Of a DNA stretch of 64,000 nt, positions 26,288-38,397 are shown piece by piece. The stretch spans positions 24,924,001 through 24,988,000 of the forward strand of contig OX597825.1 of assembly GCA_951406725.2 (NCBI GenBank), given 5' to 3'. The notes beneath the pieces were generated by a model, which had not been told where the DNA came from, ran no database searches, and saw only the letters and a program-made list of their open reading frames with translations. Positions within the stretch are counted from its first letter, which is position 1, and every line of letters begins with the position of its first letter. A program made the translations under genes and the position numbers. Source of the stretch: Octopus vulgaris (taxonomy: Eukaryota).

Positions 26288-27864
26288 ATATATATATATA
26301 TATGTATAATATAGAGAGAGAGGGGTATGTTTGTTCTTGAAGCAGTTGTTAAACCTTTTGTTTTCGGGAGAGTTCTTTTATTATTATTATTTTTTTATGT
26401 GGGTATTTAGCTTCTGTTGGAAAGACCGGACTCGTATTATTGGTCGTTATTGTGGATGTTGTTATTGTTGTAGTTGTTTTTGGTGGTGATGGGTGATGGT
26501 GTTGCTGTTGTTGTTGTTGGTGGTGGTGGTGATGGTTGTGGCCGGTAGAATGATAATGTTGTAAATATTGTCGTTATTCTTTGTATTTACCTATGAAATA
26601 ATCAATGCTGAAGAACCATCAATATGTTTATGTATGGGGAGAGAATAGAGAGATTATTGCATGTAGTTGTTGTAGGGTTGCTCGTGTTTGTGAGAGAGAG
26701 AGAAAGAAATACGGGGGAGAGATTGTCTATATGTAAGAAAGAAAGGGTGTATGTGTGTTAAGATTGAGACATTGAGGCGGTGGTTGGGACTATGTGTTTA
26801 TGTACGAGCGCATGTGTGCGAAAGACTGTAGACAGACTAAGATGTAAGGAAGCTAAGAGAATCTCCTGTGTCCGTGTTTATGTATGAGTGACTTCACGCC
26901 GAATAATAAACTATGCGAGAAAGCAAGGGAAAATGTGTCCGTTTCGGTGTTAGAATCTTGTTAGACATCGTGAAAGACAGAAAGAGAGAGAGAGATAGTG
27001 ATGTGTATGTATGACTGTACACGGGCTATAATATACGATGAGAAAGAAAATGGGTTTCGGGGGATGTGTGTATGAGAATGTGAGAAAGAGGTTGTGTATA
27101 TAGATGACTGTACATTATAGAAGAGACTGCATAAGACTGAACAGGGAGTGCGTGTTTGTGAAAGAGCGTGTAACTGTCATATGTCATATGGGAGTGAGAG
27201 ACAGTAATATAGTCACACACACACACTTAAGAGTATGAGAGGTACAAAAGGAGAATGTGCATATGTGTGGCTGTCCATACAAGAGTGGGGGAGCTGCTTA
27301 GAGAATTGACATTAGAGAGGAGGAATGAAATTGAAGGAGAAACTGGGAGAGAAACGGAGAAAAGCCTGACCAGAAAGAGATAAAGAGTAATTGTTAAAGA
27401 GAGAGAGAGAGAATGTTAGAGAGGAAGCAAGCTGTGAGGGGGGAAAAAAGAGGGAAACAAAAGAATAATGAGAGTGAAGAAAAAAAAGGACGAGTAAGAA
27501 TGAGGTACACAAAAATAAAAGCAAGGAGGGGGTGATTTAAAGAGAAGAAAAATAGGATAGCAGAGACGACGGGGTGGGGGTAACAAAGGGGTGGTGAGTT
27601 AGGGGTGAAATGCGAGGTGCGATAGAGAAAGAAAGAGCAGAGGGGGGTGGCGGGGGGAAGAATGAGATAGGAAGAAAGATTAGAAGTGAGTAGTTGAATG
27701 AAATAATGAGAGACAGAGGGAGAGAGATTGAAAGAAAAAAAATATATAGATATACGTCACAGAGGGAAGAAAAAAAACAAAATGAGAAAGAGCAAAAACT
27801 GTACGAAAGAGAGACAGAGAAAGAGAAAGAGAGAAGAAAAGAAGCGTAGAAACCCAACTGCAAA

Positions 27865-27899
<35 letters not shown>

Positions 27900-28109
27900 A
27901 AGGTGGTGAAATGAAAAGAGTGAGGTGAGGAGAAGGAGGAGGAGGAGAAAAAGTGTTTGTTCAAAGTGTAGTTATTTCACCGGGATAAATCAGTCGGCAC
28001 TTTTGCTTGCAAACTTTTTTTTTTGTGTGTGATTCAACATACATACAACCTGTTTATCTACGTCTTACAGCAATTAAACTACTGCAAAATTATCACAATC
28101 GCCGCTTAC

Positions 28110-28260
28110 CTTATCCAATATTATTTGCCCTTCGCTCGCTTGCTATTTTGTTTGATTATTTTTTCTTCTTTCTTTCTTTCTTTCTTTCTCGCTTCCAGTG
28201 TATATGAAATAATTGTTTTTTAAACACAAGATATTCCTTGGCGGCGATGTCGCTCTCTCC
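28110..28260 (-). promoter_or_regulatory. candidate non-coding first exon / TSS of a minus-strand host gene
   Basis: Unique CpG-retaining sequence, strong donor AAG|GTAAGC at 28110/28109, flanked by GA/CT-rich tracts and a 22-28.5 kb zone lacking young SINEs. Confidence 0.4.
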
Positions 28261-28488
28261 TCCATACATACATACTACACCACCTACAACCATAGAAAAA
28301 AAAAATGACTAACCACTTCACTCTCGCAATGATTCTTTTCCTTCCTTGTTTCTCTCACTCTAACACCCTATCTCTATCATTTACTTACATTTCTCTCTCT
28401 CTCTCTCTCTCTTGATTGTCATTCTCGTCACCTTTTCTACACTCTCTCTCTTTCTCACACACACACACACATACACTTGTATACCACT

Positions 28489-28531
<43 letters not shown>

Positions 28532-28592
28532 AACACACTTATATGCCACCTCTTTCCCTTCCTCCCTCTCTTTTTCATTCTATGTGCTAAAG

Positions 28593-28631
<39 letters not shown>

Positions 28632-28837
28632 TGTATGGAGTTATATATATATATATATATAGTAATTCATGTGTGCATATATGCACATCTATGTGTATGC
28701 ATGTATTTATATATATATATACAGAAATTAGAAAAAACCACCTACATTATATTTTGTGAAATTTTATTTAGTATTTCCAAATTGAATTTTTCCTTGTAAG
28801 TTTGGAATAATATTCCCTAATATTATTTATAAATTGT

Positions 28838-28951
28838 TATGAACTTCATTTGCTTACAACTGTTTCTGCTATAAGATGCAGCGGACTCATAGTTGGATGC
28901 ATGAGTGTCACTTTATAACTTCATCAGAGCTTCAAGCTAGTGAAGTTCATA
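28838..28951 (-). ncRNA. type-I hammerhead ribozyme with extended stem I
   Basis: Minus strand: GCT-CTGATGA-a-GTTATAA..ACTCAT..ATGAGT..TTATAGC-a-GAAA-CAGTTG-TA-AGC, plus distal 11-bp helix TATGAACTTCA/TGAAGTTCATA. Confidence 0.75.
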
Positions 28952-28992
28952 GCATAATTTTTTGTTCTTTTGTCATTCTAATTTCTTTTATA

Positions 28993-29039
<47 letters not shown>

Positions 29040-29040
<1 letters not shown>

Positions 29041-29648
29041 ACCAGTAGCACTTGAAAGTGACCTGACCCAGTACAACCTGTTGCATGGTCAGGCCGTGTT
29101 TATTGGACACCCTGTGGGATGAAAAACAAAACCCGTCAAAGGGCGGAGGAACTCTTGGGAGTCCATCCAATAAATGTGTAATTTTTTTTTTCTTAAGGCT
29201 TAAGGATCTGTCATGCGAGGGGACATAGAAATAATCAGACTGAATACCTGACCGTGCGGTTAAACCTTTGGAAGTGAAGGACTTCTAGCCCTTGTTAGGG
29301 CATCCATCTAGGAGAAGGTAACTCAGGTAACTGGGATAACTCTGACATAAAACCTGCGGTTCAGTGGTTACCGGTGATGTTGATTTCTTCTTCTTTTCGA
29401 ATTATGGCTGCTGTTGCTTAGTGAGTGGGATTGACTCAGTGCACAGCCTTTCCTCACTTTAAAAAAAATCTTCCTGCACAGGCATTGCACGATAACAACA
29501 TTGTTCGATTGTTGATGGTGCTGTGAGTCTCAACTGAATGGCTGGCTGTAGCCTTAAAAAGCAAATAAAATTCACATTCGATCACAGCACCAATAACAGT
29601 TAAGCCTTGTGCTATGGCCATACTCGATAACGAGGGGGCAGCCATCAT
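29040..29648 (+). mobile_element. probable non-autonomous RTE-5'UTR-like element in (TA)n
   Basis: GC-richer 600-bp block flanked by (TA)n; motif GGCATCCATCTAGGAGAAGGTAACTC resembles RTE 5' UTRs. Confidence 0.35.
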
Positions 29649-29666
29649 ATATATATATATATATAC

Positions 29667-29713
<47 letters not shown>

Positions 29714-29806
29714 AATAATAATAAAGGGTAAAATTAATTAATCAATTAATAATTAATAATTTTACCAAGTAGTTTGGTATGTTAAAAGAGCCATTATCAG
29801 TAAACT

Positions 29807-30070
29807 TATACAAAAATTCTATAATTATGAGCATAATTATAATTAGGGTTCAGCAAAATTTGCTTCACCACATACCGAAATTTAGAAATAACAGTTAAAA
29901 TATTATTCGACCACCATAAGATATCTCCCAGACAACACTACTCAACAACTCGCTATCTTATGATAGTAGAATAGTATTTTAACTGCTATTTCTAAATTTC
30001 GGTATGTGGTGAAGCAAATTTTGCTGAACCCTAATTATAATTATGCTCATAATTATAGAATTTTTGTATA
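29807..30070. repeat. palindrome with 117-bp arms and 30-nt loop
   Basis: 29807-29923 vs 29954-30070; outer 84 bp are a perfect reverse complement. Confidence 0.95.
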
Positions 30071-30163
30071 CATATATATCAAAATGTGACCTCGTGTGTA
30101 CCGTTGGTGATTTTTTTTTTTTTTCCCTCTATCTTCCCTTCTTTGGATCTTTCCTTCTCCTAT

Positions 30164-30198
30164 GTTTCTGACGAAGAGCTCCGCTCGAAACGTTAAAC
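30164..30198 (+). ncRNA. minimal (dimeric-type) hammerhead ribozyme, Penelope-type
   Basis: GTTT-CTGACGA-a-GAGC-TCC-GCTC-GAAA-CG-TT-AAAC. Confidence 0.7.
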
Positions 30199-30294
30199 CC
30201 TCCTTCTTCCCTTCTTTCCTGAGCGTCCAATAATACTATATTTGTTCCACGTCCTCACGTTGTTGTGTTTTTTTTCGTGCTTTCTTGTTTGGAT

Positions 30295-30329
<35 letters not shown>

Positions 30330-30689
30330 TTATATATTACTATATTTTGTATCTTATATGTAAAGCATAATATATTATATGTATGCATATTATTGCAATT
30401 ATCAGTTTAGTAAATAAATATATAAGTTAACATAATATAACGTCTAAAAGTTGATGAAACACCTATTGCTCCCCTCCATTTTCTTATTGCTATCCCTCTC
30501 TCTCTCTTTCGGAGAGGCACTGAGCAGCTATACGCACACATACACACACAGCAGTAACTTCCACCTACCGAATTCAATCACAAAGCTCCGGTCAGCTCGG
30601 GGCTATAGTGAAAGACACCTACCCAAAGTGCCACGCAGTGGGACTGAACCCAAAACCATATAGCTAGGAAGCAAGCTCCCAAACGGCAG

Positions 30690-31030
30690 AATGTCTGTGT
30701 GTGTGTCCTTTATACAAATCCACAATTTTTCAGTTAGAGGGCTCACACTTTCTATGGTCATTCAAACTCGTTCAAGGATGGTCGTGTACATCTTTACATT
30801 TCCCCAGTCACCCCACAAAGTCATTAAAATATCAATAGAAGTGATTTTTTTGTGAATTTTCTATCCAAAACCCAATCAAAATGCCCGAAACTTGATACAC
30901 CAATTGAATGCCAGCTAGCTGTATGTGATTGGTCGGAGATTTGGACAGTACTCACGTGTATGTGTGCATGCACACAGCTGTATAAGCATGCACTAGCACT
31001 ATGACCTGGCAACGCCGGGTCATAGTGCTA

Positions 31031-31031
<1 letters not shown>
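30690..31031 (+). mobile_element. Helitron-like element 3' part
   Basis: Terminal hairpin TAGCACTATGACCTGGCAACGCCGGGTCATAGTGCTA, related to the 4981 Helitron end; ends CTAA instead of CTAG. Confidence 0.6.
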
Positions 31032-31065
<34 letters not shown>

Positions 31066-31394
31066 GTTACTCTATACCCAACTTACTACTAATGTCTTCA
31101 CAATATTTATGACCATACCTAACCATGACCTGTCAACTCACTTTTGCCCTTCATTCTAAACAGACAAGTTCTCTAGTCTTAGATTCAGTAGTTGATAAAA
31201 AGACAAATAAATTAGAAATGAACCACAATCCTTTGCAAGCTATGACCCCAGTGGGCTTCATGCCTTTCTTAGAAGTGTAGTCTATTCTTAACTACAATAG
31301 CGACAACATGGATTTCTTCCATCTTCTTGCTCAGTTAAAGTATTTGAGGAAAACTATATTAATGTGTCCAACTAATTAAAATTCTATATATTTG

Positions 31395-31485
31395 TGCAGC
31401 TGATGATAGCCCTGCATTGCATTTAAACTGATGTAATGATTGCATTGTTCAATTAAATGGAACCACTTGAAACGGTCATACTGCA
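31395..31485 (+). ncRNA. hammerhead motif downstream of a Penelope GIY-YIG-like C-terminal relic
   Basis: TGCAG-CTGATGA...GAAA-CGGTCA-TA-CTGCA; upstream LQAMTPVGLH resembles the L.T..P.GLN end of Penelope ORFs. Confidence 0.55.
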
Positions 31486-31531
31486 TCACTTCTTGATATC
31501 CTGTTACTTATTTTGATTATATATATATATA

Positions 31532-31906
31532 CACTTGCGTCAGAAATTAATTAGCACTTCTCAAATTTCTACATTAAATAGGTTAAATCAATTAACCTAT
31601 GAGCTGTTCAAAACGTCTTACGCGATGAGAAAACTTAGTATGGTGTGATTTCGGTCCTTGCGAGACGCTACCTATATCTATTAAACAAAGGAATTTGTCT
31701 GCATCCGCACTCCAAGTTGTTATTGCACTGCTATGTCAACATCATAAGGCTGTAGACTCTCAACCTGCTCTGCAAACAAAGTTACGTCATCGTTCTGTGC
31801 AACAGTGAACTCGCAACAAAGCAATAGTTCGAGATATGGCCACTAGGTGACAGCACATACCTTGAGTGAAGAGCAAATCAAGGGTGCTAATTAATTTCTG
31901 ACGGTA

Positions 31907-31909
<3 letters not shown>
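31532..31909. mobile_element. Tc1/mariner-type MITE in (TA)n
   Basis: TIRs CACTTGCGTCAGAAATTAATTAGCAC / GTGCTAATTAATTTCTGACGGTAGTG, TA flanks. Confidence 0.85.
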
Positions 31910-31939
<30 letters not shown>

Positions 31940-31943
<4 letters not shown>

Positions 31944-32482
31944 GTTGTCCGGAAAGTTCATGCTGATTTATAGTAGCTTACCTTTCGACTTATTTTTAGG
32001 ATTTGACTATACCTCCATTTAGAGCACAGCTTTAGTTATCTTTTCGTGGAAGAAGGTTTATGTTCTTATAACCTGTGCTAATTCTGTAACCCTTTAAAAT
32101 GGAAGATAAGAAAGCTCATTTTCGACACTTGATGCTTTGGGAACCAGACAAAAATTGCTGCAGCTCAGCTGGGATGTGTTACCCCACCCTCCATATTCAC
32201 CAGATATTGCTCCTTCAGATTTCCACTTATTCAGGCCTCTGCAGAGTAGTCTTAATGGTAAAAATTCCAATTCCTTGGATGACGTAAAAAGATACTTTGA
32301 TGAATTCTTTGCCATGAAACCACCTCAATTCTGGGAGGAGGGTATTTTCAAGTTAAAGGAAAGATGGAGACGCATTGTGCAACAAAATGGTTCATATTTG
32401 GTTGATTAAAATTGTAATGGCAAGAATTTATTGACCTTTTTCTTTCCTTTAAAAATCGGCACAAACTTTCCAGGCAACCCAA
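31940..32482 (+). mobile_element. internally deleted mariner (DD34D type)
   Basis: TIRs TTGTGTTGTCCGGAAAGTT / AACTTTCCAGGCAACCCAA; start MEDKKAHFRH fused to HPPYSPDIAPSDFHLF...QQNGSYL. Confidence 0.9.
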
Positions 32483-32487
32483 TATAT

Positions 32488-32542
<55 letters not shown>

Positions 32543-32894
32543 AAATTGAATAGATAGAGTCAAGAATGAGTATGTTTAGACAGCTACTTCACTAACACTA
32601 CACATGTTTCCATTAGACATAGATCTACATACACACAGGATTTGAATTAAGTAACAGTTTACCTATATAATGAGATCCAGTTGTATCTCCTCATGTGATA
32701 ATATATTCGCTGTTCCCATTGGTAAAGCTTTGACTTTGATGCTAATACATCCAATAATTTGCACGCATAATGAATGGCTAGACATAGACTTGAAAGTATA
32801 CCGTAATACTAACCAGCTATTTGGTAATTCTAAGGGTGAACAAGCTCTACTTTTTACTCTAGTATGTTCTTAATGGAATACACCTTAAATATAT

Positions 32895-33215
32895 ATTGGA
32901 TCATCTTATAAATGATACGTTTTTTTTTATATACTTTGTTTATTTTTCAAAATTAAGATAATCAAAGTTCTTTTTTAATCTAAAATATACTCTTCTTAAT
33001 TTTCTTCAATGCTTTTCCATCTATCTGGTAGACTTGCAAGGCTCTTCTTCCAAAATTCACTTGTCCATAATGAAAAATACTCCTCCAGTACTGTTCTGAC
33101 CTTGTCTACAGAATTCATATTTTCTCCATTCAAATAATTTTAAAGACTGTGGAATAAGTGATAATCAGATGGGGCAAAGTCCAGCAGATATGGTGGGTGG
33201 GGCATTGTTTCTTAT
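32895..33215 (-). mobile_element. mariner transposase C-terminal fragment
   Basis: Minus strand: PHPPYLLDFAPSDYHLFHSL...EFWKKSLASLPDRW. Confidence 0.8.
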
Positions 33216-33399
33216 TCAAACTTAATTTTCAATGAGTTTTTATGCTAACCATACTACTCTTCAACAAAAAAACTCTTACAATTCCTCAAATCTTCCAGAC
33301 TGGCATTTTGCATTATCCTTTAACTGACCATCTCTACAGTATCATTGATAGAGCTAATACTATTATATTTCTTCATCAAATTGCAAAAAGTCATGGCAT

Positions 33400-33610
33400 T
33401 TTACTATCATGTTTTCCATGCTTTTCATGATACCGGATCATTTTCAAAAGTCACTTAAGTCACTTATAAATCATTTGTTTTGACCTTCTGTTTCTTCAAC
33501 AAGCTGTTTCAAAGCTTGATAAAAGTAATAGGTCTTAATAGCGGAAATTACATCCTGATTGTTGGGTTAAAATAAATAAGTAATGTTTGGTAGTAGATAA
33601 ACTACATTGA
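33400..33610 (-). mobile_element. pogo/Tigger DDE transposase relic
   Basis: Minus strand: VVYLLPNIT..*PNNQDVISAIKTYY, like FLPPNTT..QPMDQGVI..FK.YY. Confidence 0.55.
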
Positions 33611-33739
33611 AAGGAGTGCATGCCCAAGGCTATACTCTAAGAAATATCTTTTTGATGTTGGACAAAAATATGAATCAGGCAAATGTGTCAAAATTTCTTT
33701 TGTCACCCAAGTTTTTATATTTTCTTGTTCAAGGCCTCA

Positions 33740-34410
33740 GTGAAGTGTTTAAGATTGGATGTCCATGAGAACTCCTAAATGCTGATGACCAAGTTCTCAT
33801 GGCTAATTCTGTAAAGGAATTAGAGAGGAAATACTAAACACGGAGGCTAACACTATAATCAAGAAGCTTCAAGGTTAAATTGGCAAAGACGAGGATTTTA
33901 GGAAGTAGGAAAGAAGACAGTACCCGGGTAGCTTCAGGAAAATAGTAGGTGTAAACTCCATATGTTGTACCCAATTTATGCTATATACACACAAGAAATA
34001 TATATTTCTTTACTACCCACAAGGGGCTAAACACAGAGAGGACAAACAAGGACAGACAAACGGATTAAATCAATTATATCGACCCCAGTGCGTAACTGGT
34101 ACTTATTTAATTGACCCCGAAAGGATGAAAGGCAAAGTCGACCTCGGCGGAATTTTAACTCAGAACGTAACGGCAAACGAAATACGAATACGCATTTCGC
34201 CCAGCGTGCTAACGATTCTGCCAGCTCACACAAGAAATATAGTGGAATCTCAGCCAGACTTGAAGACAAAATAAGTTTAATATGTGACAGCTGCTCTGGA
34301 GTAGAACATACTATGATCATTGCAGGAATAGACTCTCTTAAATTCCGAGATGGCTCACTACAAACAGTCAATATCTTTTGTTACTGGGAGATATAATTAG
34401 CAGTGATCAC
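33740..34410 (+). pseudogene. degenerate RTE RT fragment split by a SINE B (34004-34228, minus)
   Basis: GCP*ELLNADD, KVKLAKTR; SINE B consensus in the middle. Confidence 0.65.
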
Positions 34411-34775
34411 ACTGAGTAAAATGAAAGTGGGACATAACAAAGGACTTATTTAAGCAAACATCTGAGGAGGTGCACTTTGGCTGGATGATAATGATTACAC
34501 AACATCTCACCAATGTACTACAGGTGTGAAAATGTATCAAAACAATTGTAGTGATTTTAAATAAAGAACGTCATTCATTCCAATTTCTATCATTTAACTA
34601 TTTATATATAGTTCAACTGATAGTATGGAATTTTCTATGTTTACCCAGTAGCAAGAGCATTTCCAAAGCATTTCCAATGTATATTGACATCAGATAGCCA
34701 ATAACTGGGGATGAGATTTGCATAGCATTCTACAAGGTTTTTACCCAAATCTGACTTATATATATATGTTTGTAA

Positions 34776-34819
<44 letters not shown>

Positions 34820-35028
34820 TATTAATACAGCTGCAAAGCCATCACAAAAACTGTTGCTCAGAGTTTCATGTTCCTGTTCGTGAGGTTTGTCAAACAGTTT
34901 TGGTTGAGAATATATATATATATATATATATATAGTAACTCCAAACATGAATAAAGAGGACAGCAAGCATTAAGGCAAGGCAAACATCTCAAGCTGTATA
35001 CAATATTATTATTGGAAAGAATTTAAAA

Positions 35029-35082
35029 TCTTACAGCTATTTCTGGGATATCCCTGAGTATGGGATATTCCGTCATCAGAGA
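35029..35082 (-). ncRNA. type-I hammerhead ribozyme
   Basis: Minus strand: TCT-CTGATGA-cGGaATATCCC-atactca-GGGATATCCca-GAAA-TAGCTG-TA-AGA. Confidence 0.72.
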
Positions 35083-35612
35083 CAAATAGGGAAAAAATAG
35101 GGAAAATGAGAATGGTGTATATTAATGAAATGATGACATAGAGGAAGGGCGTAAAAGAATAAGGAGATGGAAAGAAAGGAGAAAAAGAAGCATAAAAGCT
35201 CATAGTTCAACTTTCCGAATTTGTAGAAATCAGACCCTACGCAGGATTGCACCTTAGGACTCATGCTCTGGTTTCTATAACTTCAGAAAGTTGAACTATG
35301 AAGAGGTGTGAGTCCAGTTACTCTGCTATTTCCCTTATCAAGTCCTTTGTAAAAAAATTCTCTTACATTTTAACATCTTCTCTTCTCTATTTAAAAAAAA
35401 ATTGTTCAATTTTTATGGGATTCCTTTCCATATATTCACAACACACCATATACAAGCATTATTTTTATATTCGCAAACTTACACCAGTAAGCTACCAGCA
35501 AAATATGAAGAATCTATATTAGAAATCTTTCTTAGAATCCTCCAAATTAAAGGACGAAATTCAATTCAACCTTTTTACATTGTTTAAACCTCGCCAAGAT
35601 AAATATTTAAAC

Positions 35613-35676
35613 CACCTGATGAATGACTGCGACTCAAAAATTTGAAGAAGTTAGCAGGCATGAAACGATCGTAGTA
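35613..35676 (+). ncRNA. type-I hammerhead ribozyme
   Basis: CAC-CTGATGA-ATG..CTGC..GCAG.CAT-GAAA-CGATCG-TA-GTA; palindromic stem III. Confidence 0.72.
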
Positions 35677-35911
35677 TGATATTACTTATATTTTTTTAAT
35701 AATTTTGTTATATATTTAAATAATATAAATTAAATAATCTTATGTATTGGCTTAAGTTTTTCATTGTTTGATTTGCCTAATAGTGGTTTTGTTTCTAATT
35801 TAATATAATATAATATTTTACTATAAAATTGGATTCAATCCTAAATCTGATTTTTCCCTGTAAGTTTGGATTTATTCCCTAATATTTATTATATATATAT
35901 ATATATATATA

Positions 35912-36520
35912 CTAGCAGTATTGCCCGGCTCAACGAGGATTTCAGGGGAGAGTTTCAGGGAGTCGCTGGCGATGTATCATGATGATCAAAAATCCGGCCT
36001 GCTAAAATTTGGTTAAAGTGATTCAAACTGCAGACTCAACGCAAAATGGTCACATTTAATTCAAAGCATTAAAAATGTTATGAAAACAATTGGTATGTGT
36101 TCACAAAGTCCAAACGATTAATACGAAAAAACCCTCCAGGCTACATCCCGAAAATTCATTTCTTTGCCAAATTTCCACAATGTTTACGAAGATTCGTTTT
36201 TATATCTTGATTTTTTATTTTTCATGCAATTTACACATGCTTGCACGCATGGTGAACACAGTTCATGTCAAACAGCTGACTGAATAAAGTTCACTATTCA
36301 ATGCATGGGATAAGGCCTAAACAAACACATTAGTGATCTTTGCACTTGCGAGATGAATTTCGGAACAGAAATAGCGCAGTTCAATTTTCATTCGCCTAAA
36401 CTTTAAGTGACCCATTTTTGGTGGTTCTACGATTTGTTGGCTAGGAGGAGATGTGCCGGGAAGTTAAACACACAGACACACACACATACACACACAGACA
36501 CAAAAGTTGAGTTTTATATA
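35912..36520 (-). mobile_element. non-autonomous Helitron (reverse), hairpin partly deleted
   Basis: Minus-strand 3' end GCCGGGCAATACTGCTAG, like the 4981 copy; 5' TATAAAACTCAACTTTTGTGTCTGTGTG. Confidence 0.65.
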
Positions 36521-36539
36521 TATATATATATATATATTC

Positions 36540-36835
36540 CTCACTGCGTCTAGGATAAGATTTTCAAACACTTCCTTGATCTTTGGCCACCAGCTCAGCC
36601 TTGGTGGTACTGGCAGAGTATTTGATGTCTTTCTCAACTGCCCCGCACATTTAGTAATCCATAGGATTAAAGTCAAGGGAATTAGGAGGCCAGAAATAGG
36701 GGCTGGCGAAGTCGTAGAGATTCACCGACAACTACTTCTGAATTTTCCCAAAGATATGGCAAGGTGCCAAATCCTGCTGCCACACATATGGCATCCCAGT
36801 AGCAACTCTCTCCAACCAGGGACTGGCCACTGAAT
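36540..36835 (-). mobile_element. maT/DD37D-like transposase fragment
   Basis: Minus strand: WQQDLAPCH...WPPNSLDFNPMDY. Confidence 0.75.
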
Positions 36836-37235
36836 TGAGTCTAAGGCCTTGTTCAAAGATGTGAGTCAGCATGACATCACCCTCACTAGAGACACACCCA
36901 AAGACTATTATAGTCTGTGGAAACTTGGTTTACATGATATGTGGGATATCATATGGATACCTTTGCAGTGTTCATGGAGCATTGAGCAACTGCGATGATG
37001 TTGGTATTTTGATACACGGCAAAAAACCCGTCGTGATACAGGCAACTTTTTTTCCAATATTTAGATGGCTTCCAGTCTTCAATGTCAGCTAACTTTTTCT
37101 CAGCTATAACTTTAATCTTTATGCTCTCTAATGCCTGTTGATTTTTTCACCAAATACATGGAGGTGTTACTGAAAAAAAAAGGAGACGTAAAAAAAAAAT
37201 TCATCAAATTTCACCCAAACATCCTGTATATAACT

Positions 37236-37379
37236 CATCATCATCATCATCATCATCAACAATATCAACCTCATCATCATCATCACCTCCATCACCATCA
37301 TCATCAACATTATCATCATCATTATCATCATCATCATCATCACCATCATCATTTTCACCACCACCACCATCATCATCAT

Positions 37380-37411
<32 letters not shown>

Positions 37412-37549
37412 TCATCATTTTCATCACCACTACCATCACTCCCTACCACCACCACCATCATCATCATCACCACCACCATCATCATCAACATCATCATCAT
37501 CACCATCACCATCATCATCATCATCATTTTCACCACAATTACCACCACC

Positions 37550-37616
<67 letters not shown>

Positions 37617-37635
37617 CTGCCAACAACATCATCAT
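37236..37635. repeat. (CAT)n/(CAC)n trinucleotide array
   Basis: Seen directly; similar arrays at 49650-50030 and 51080-51325. Confidence 0.95.
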
Positions 37636-38129
37636 TTTACACAACCTTTACATCCACTGACGTAGGTCACATAATTCGACAGGATTCAACATTGTAAAGG
37701 ACCCTCTTTTACTCCCATGTCTTTTGCTGTTTCTTATTTTTTTTCCCTTTCTGCCATAGTCCCTATGGCTGGATGCTCTTCTTAAACACAATAATCCACT
37801 TCACAGAGTGTACTAGGTACATTTCTCAGCCCCATGTGCCAACCACTTTATACAACATACTTGGTGCTTTACATGCATCTGTGTGTGTATGTATGTATGT
37901 GTGTGTGTTTGTGCACACATGCATGCATGCACATGTTTGTATGTGTGTGTATGAGAGGAGTGTATGCATTTGATTGTGTGTATGTCATGTACATGTGATT
38001 TTCAGCCTATAATTGAAAGAATTTGCTTCTAATTAAACAAAAGCAGAATAATGTTTGATTGTCAAACTACTCAAGTAATCTTATTTAATTTTGTACATCA
38101 TTTTTTTTTTATCTATTGTATACATATTA

Positions 38130-38165
<36 letters not shown>

Positions 38166-38166
<1 letters not shown>

Positions 38167-38397
38167 GGCGGCGAGCTGGCAGAAACGTTAGCGCCCCGGG
38201 CGAAATGCTTAGCGGTATTTCGTCTGACGTTATGTTCTGAGTTCAAATTCCGCCGAGGTAGACTTTGCCTTTCATCCTTTCGGGGTAGATAGATAAAGTA
38301 CCAGTTTCGCACTGGGGTCGATGTAATCGACTTAATCCATTTGTCTGTCCTTGTTTGTCCCCTCTATATTTAGCCCCTTGTGGGTAGTAAAGAAATA
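38166..38397 (+). mobile_element. SINE family B, full length, in (TA)n
   Basis: Near-consensus copy; others at 41085-41310 and 47600-47832 (minus). Confidence 0.88.

Noticed and set aside
29040-29160. HDV-like ribozyme at the 5' end of the RTE-like block
   Set aside because: Could not build the nested double pseudoknot by eye
37131-37697. 188-aa His/Pro/Ser-rich ORF (also poly-His/Ser/Asp ORFs at 49.6-51.3 kb)
   Set aside because: Pure (CAT)n/(CAC)n microsatellite, open in several frames; no splice or domain support
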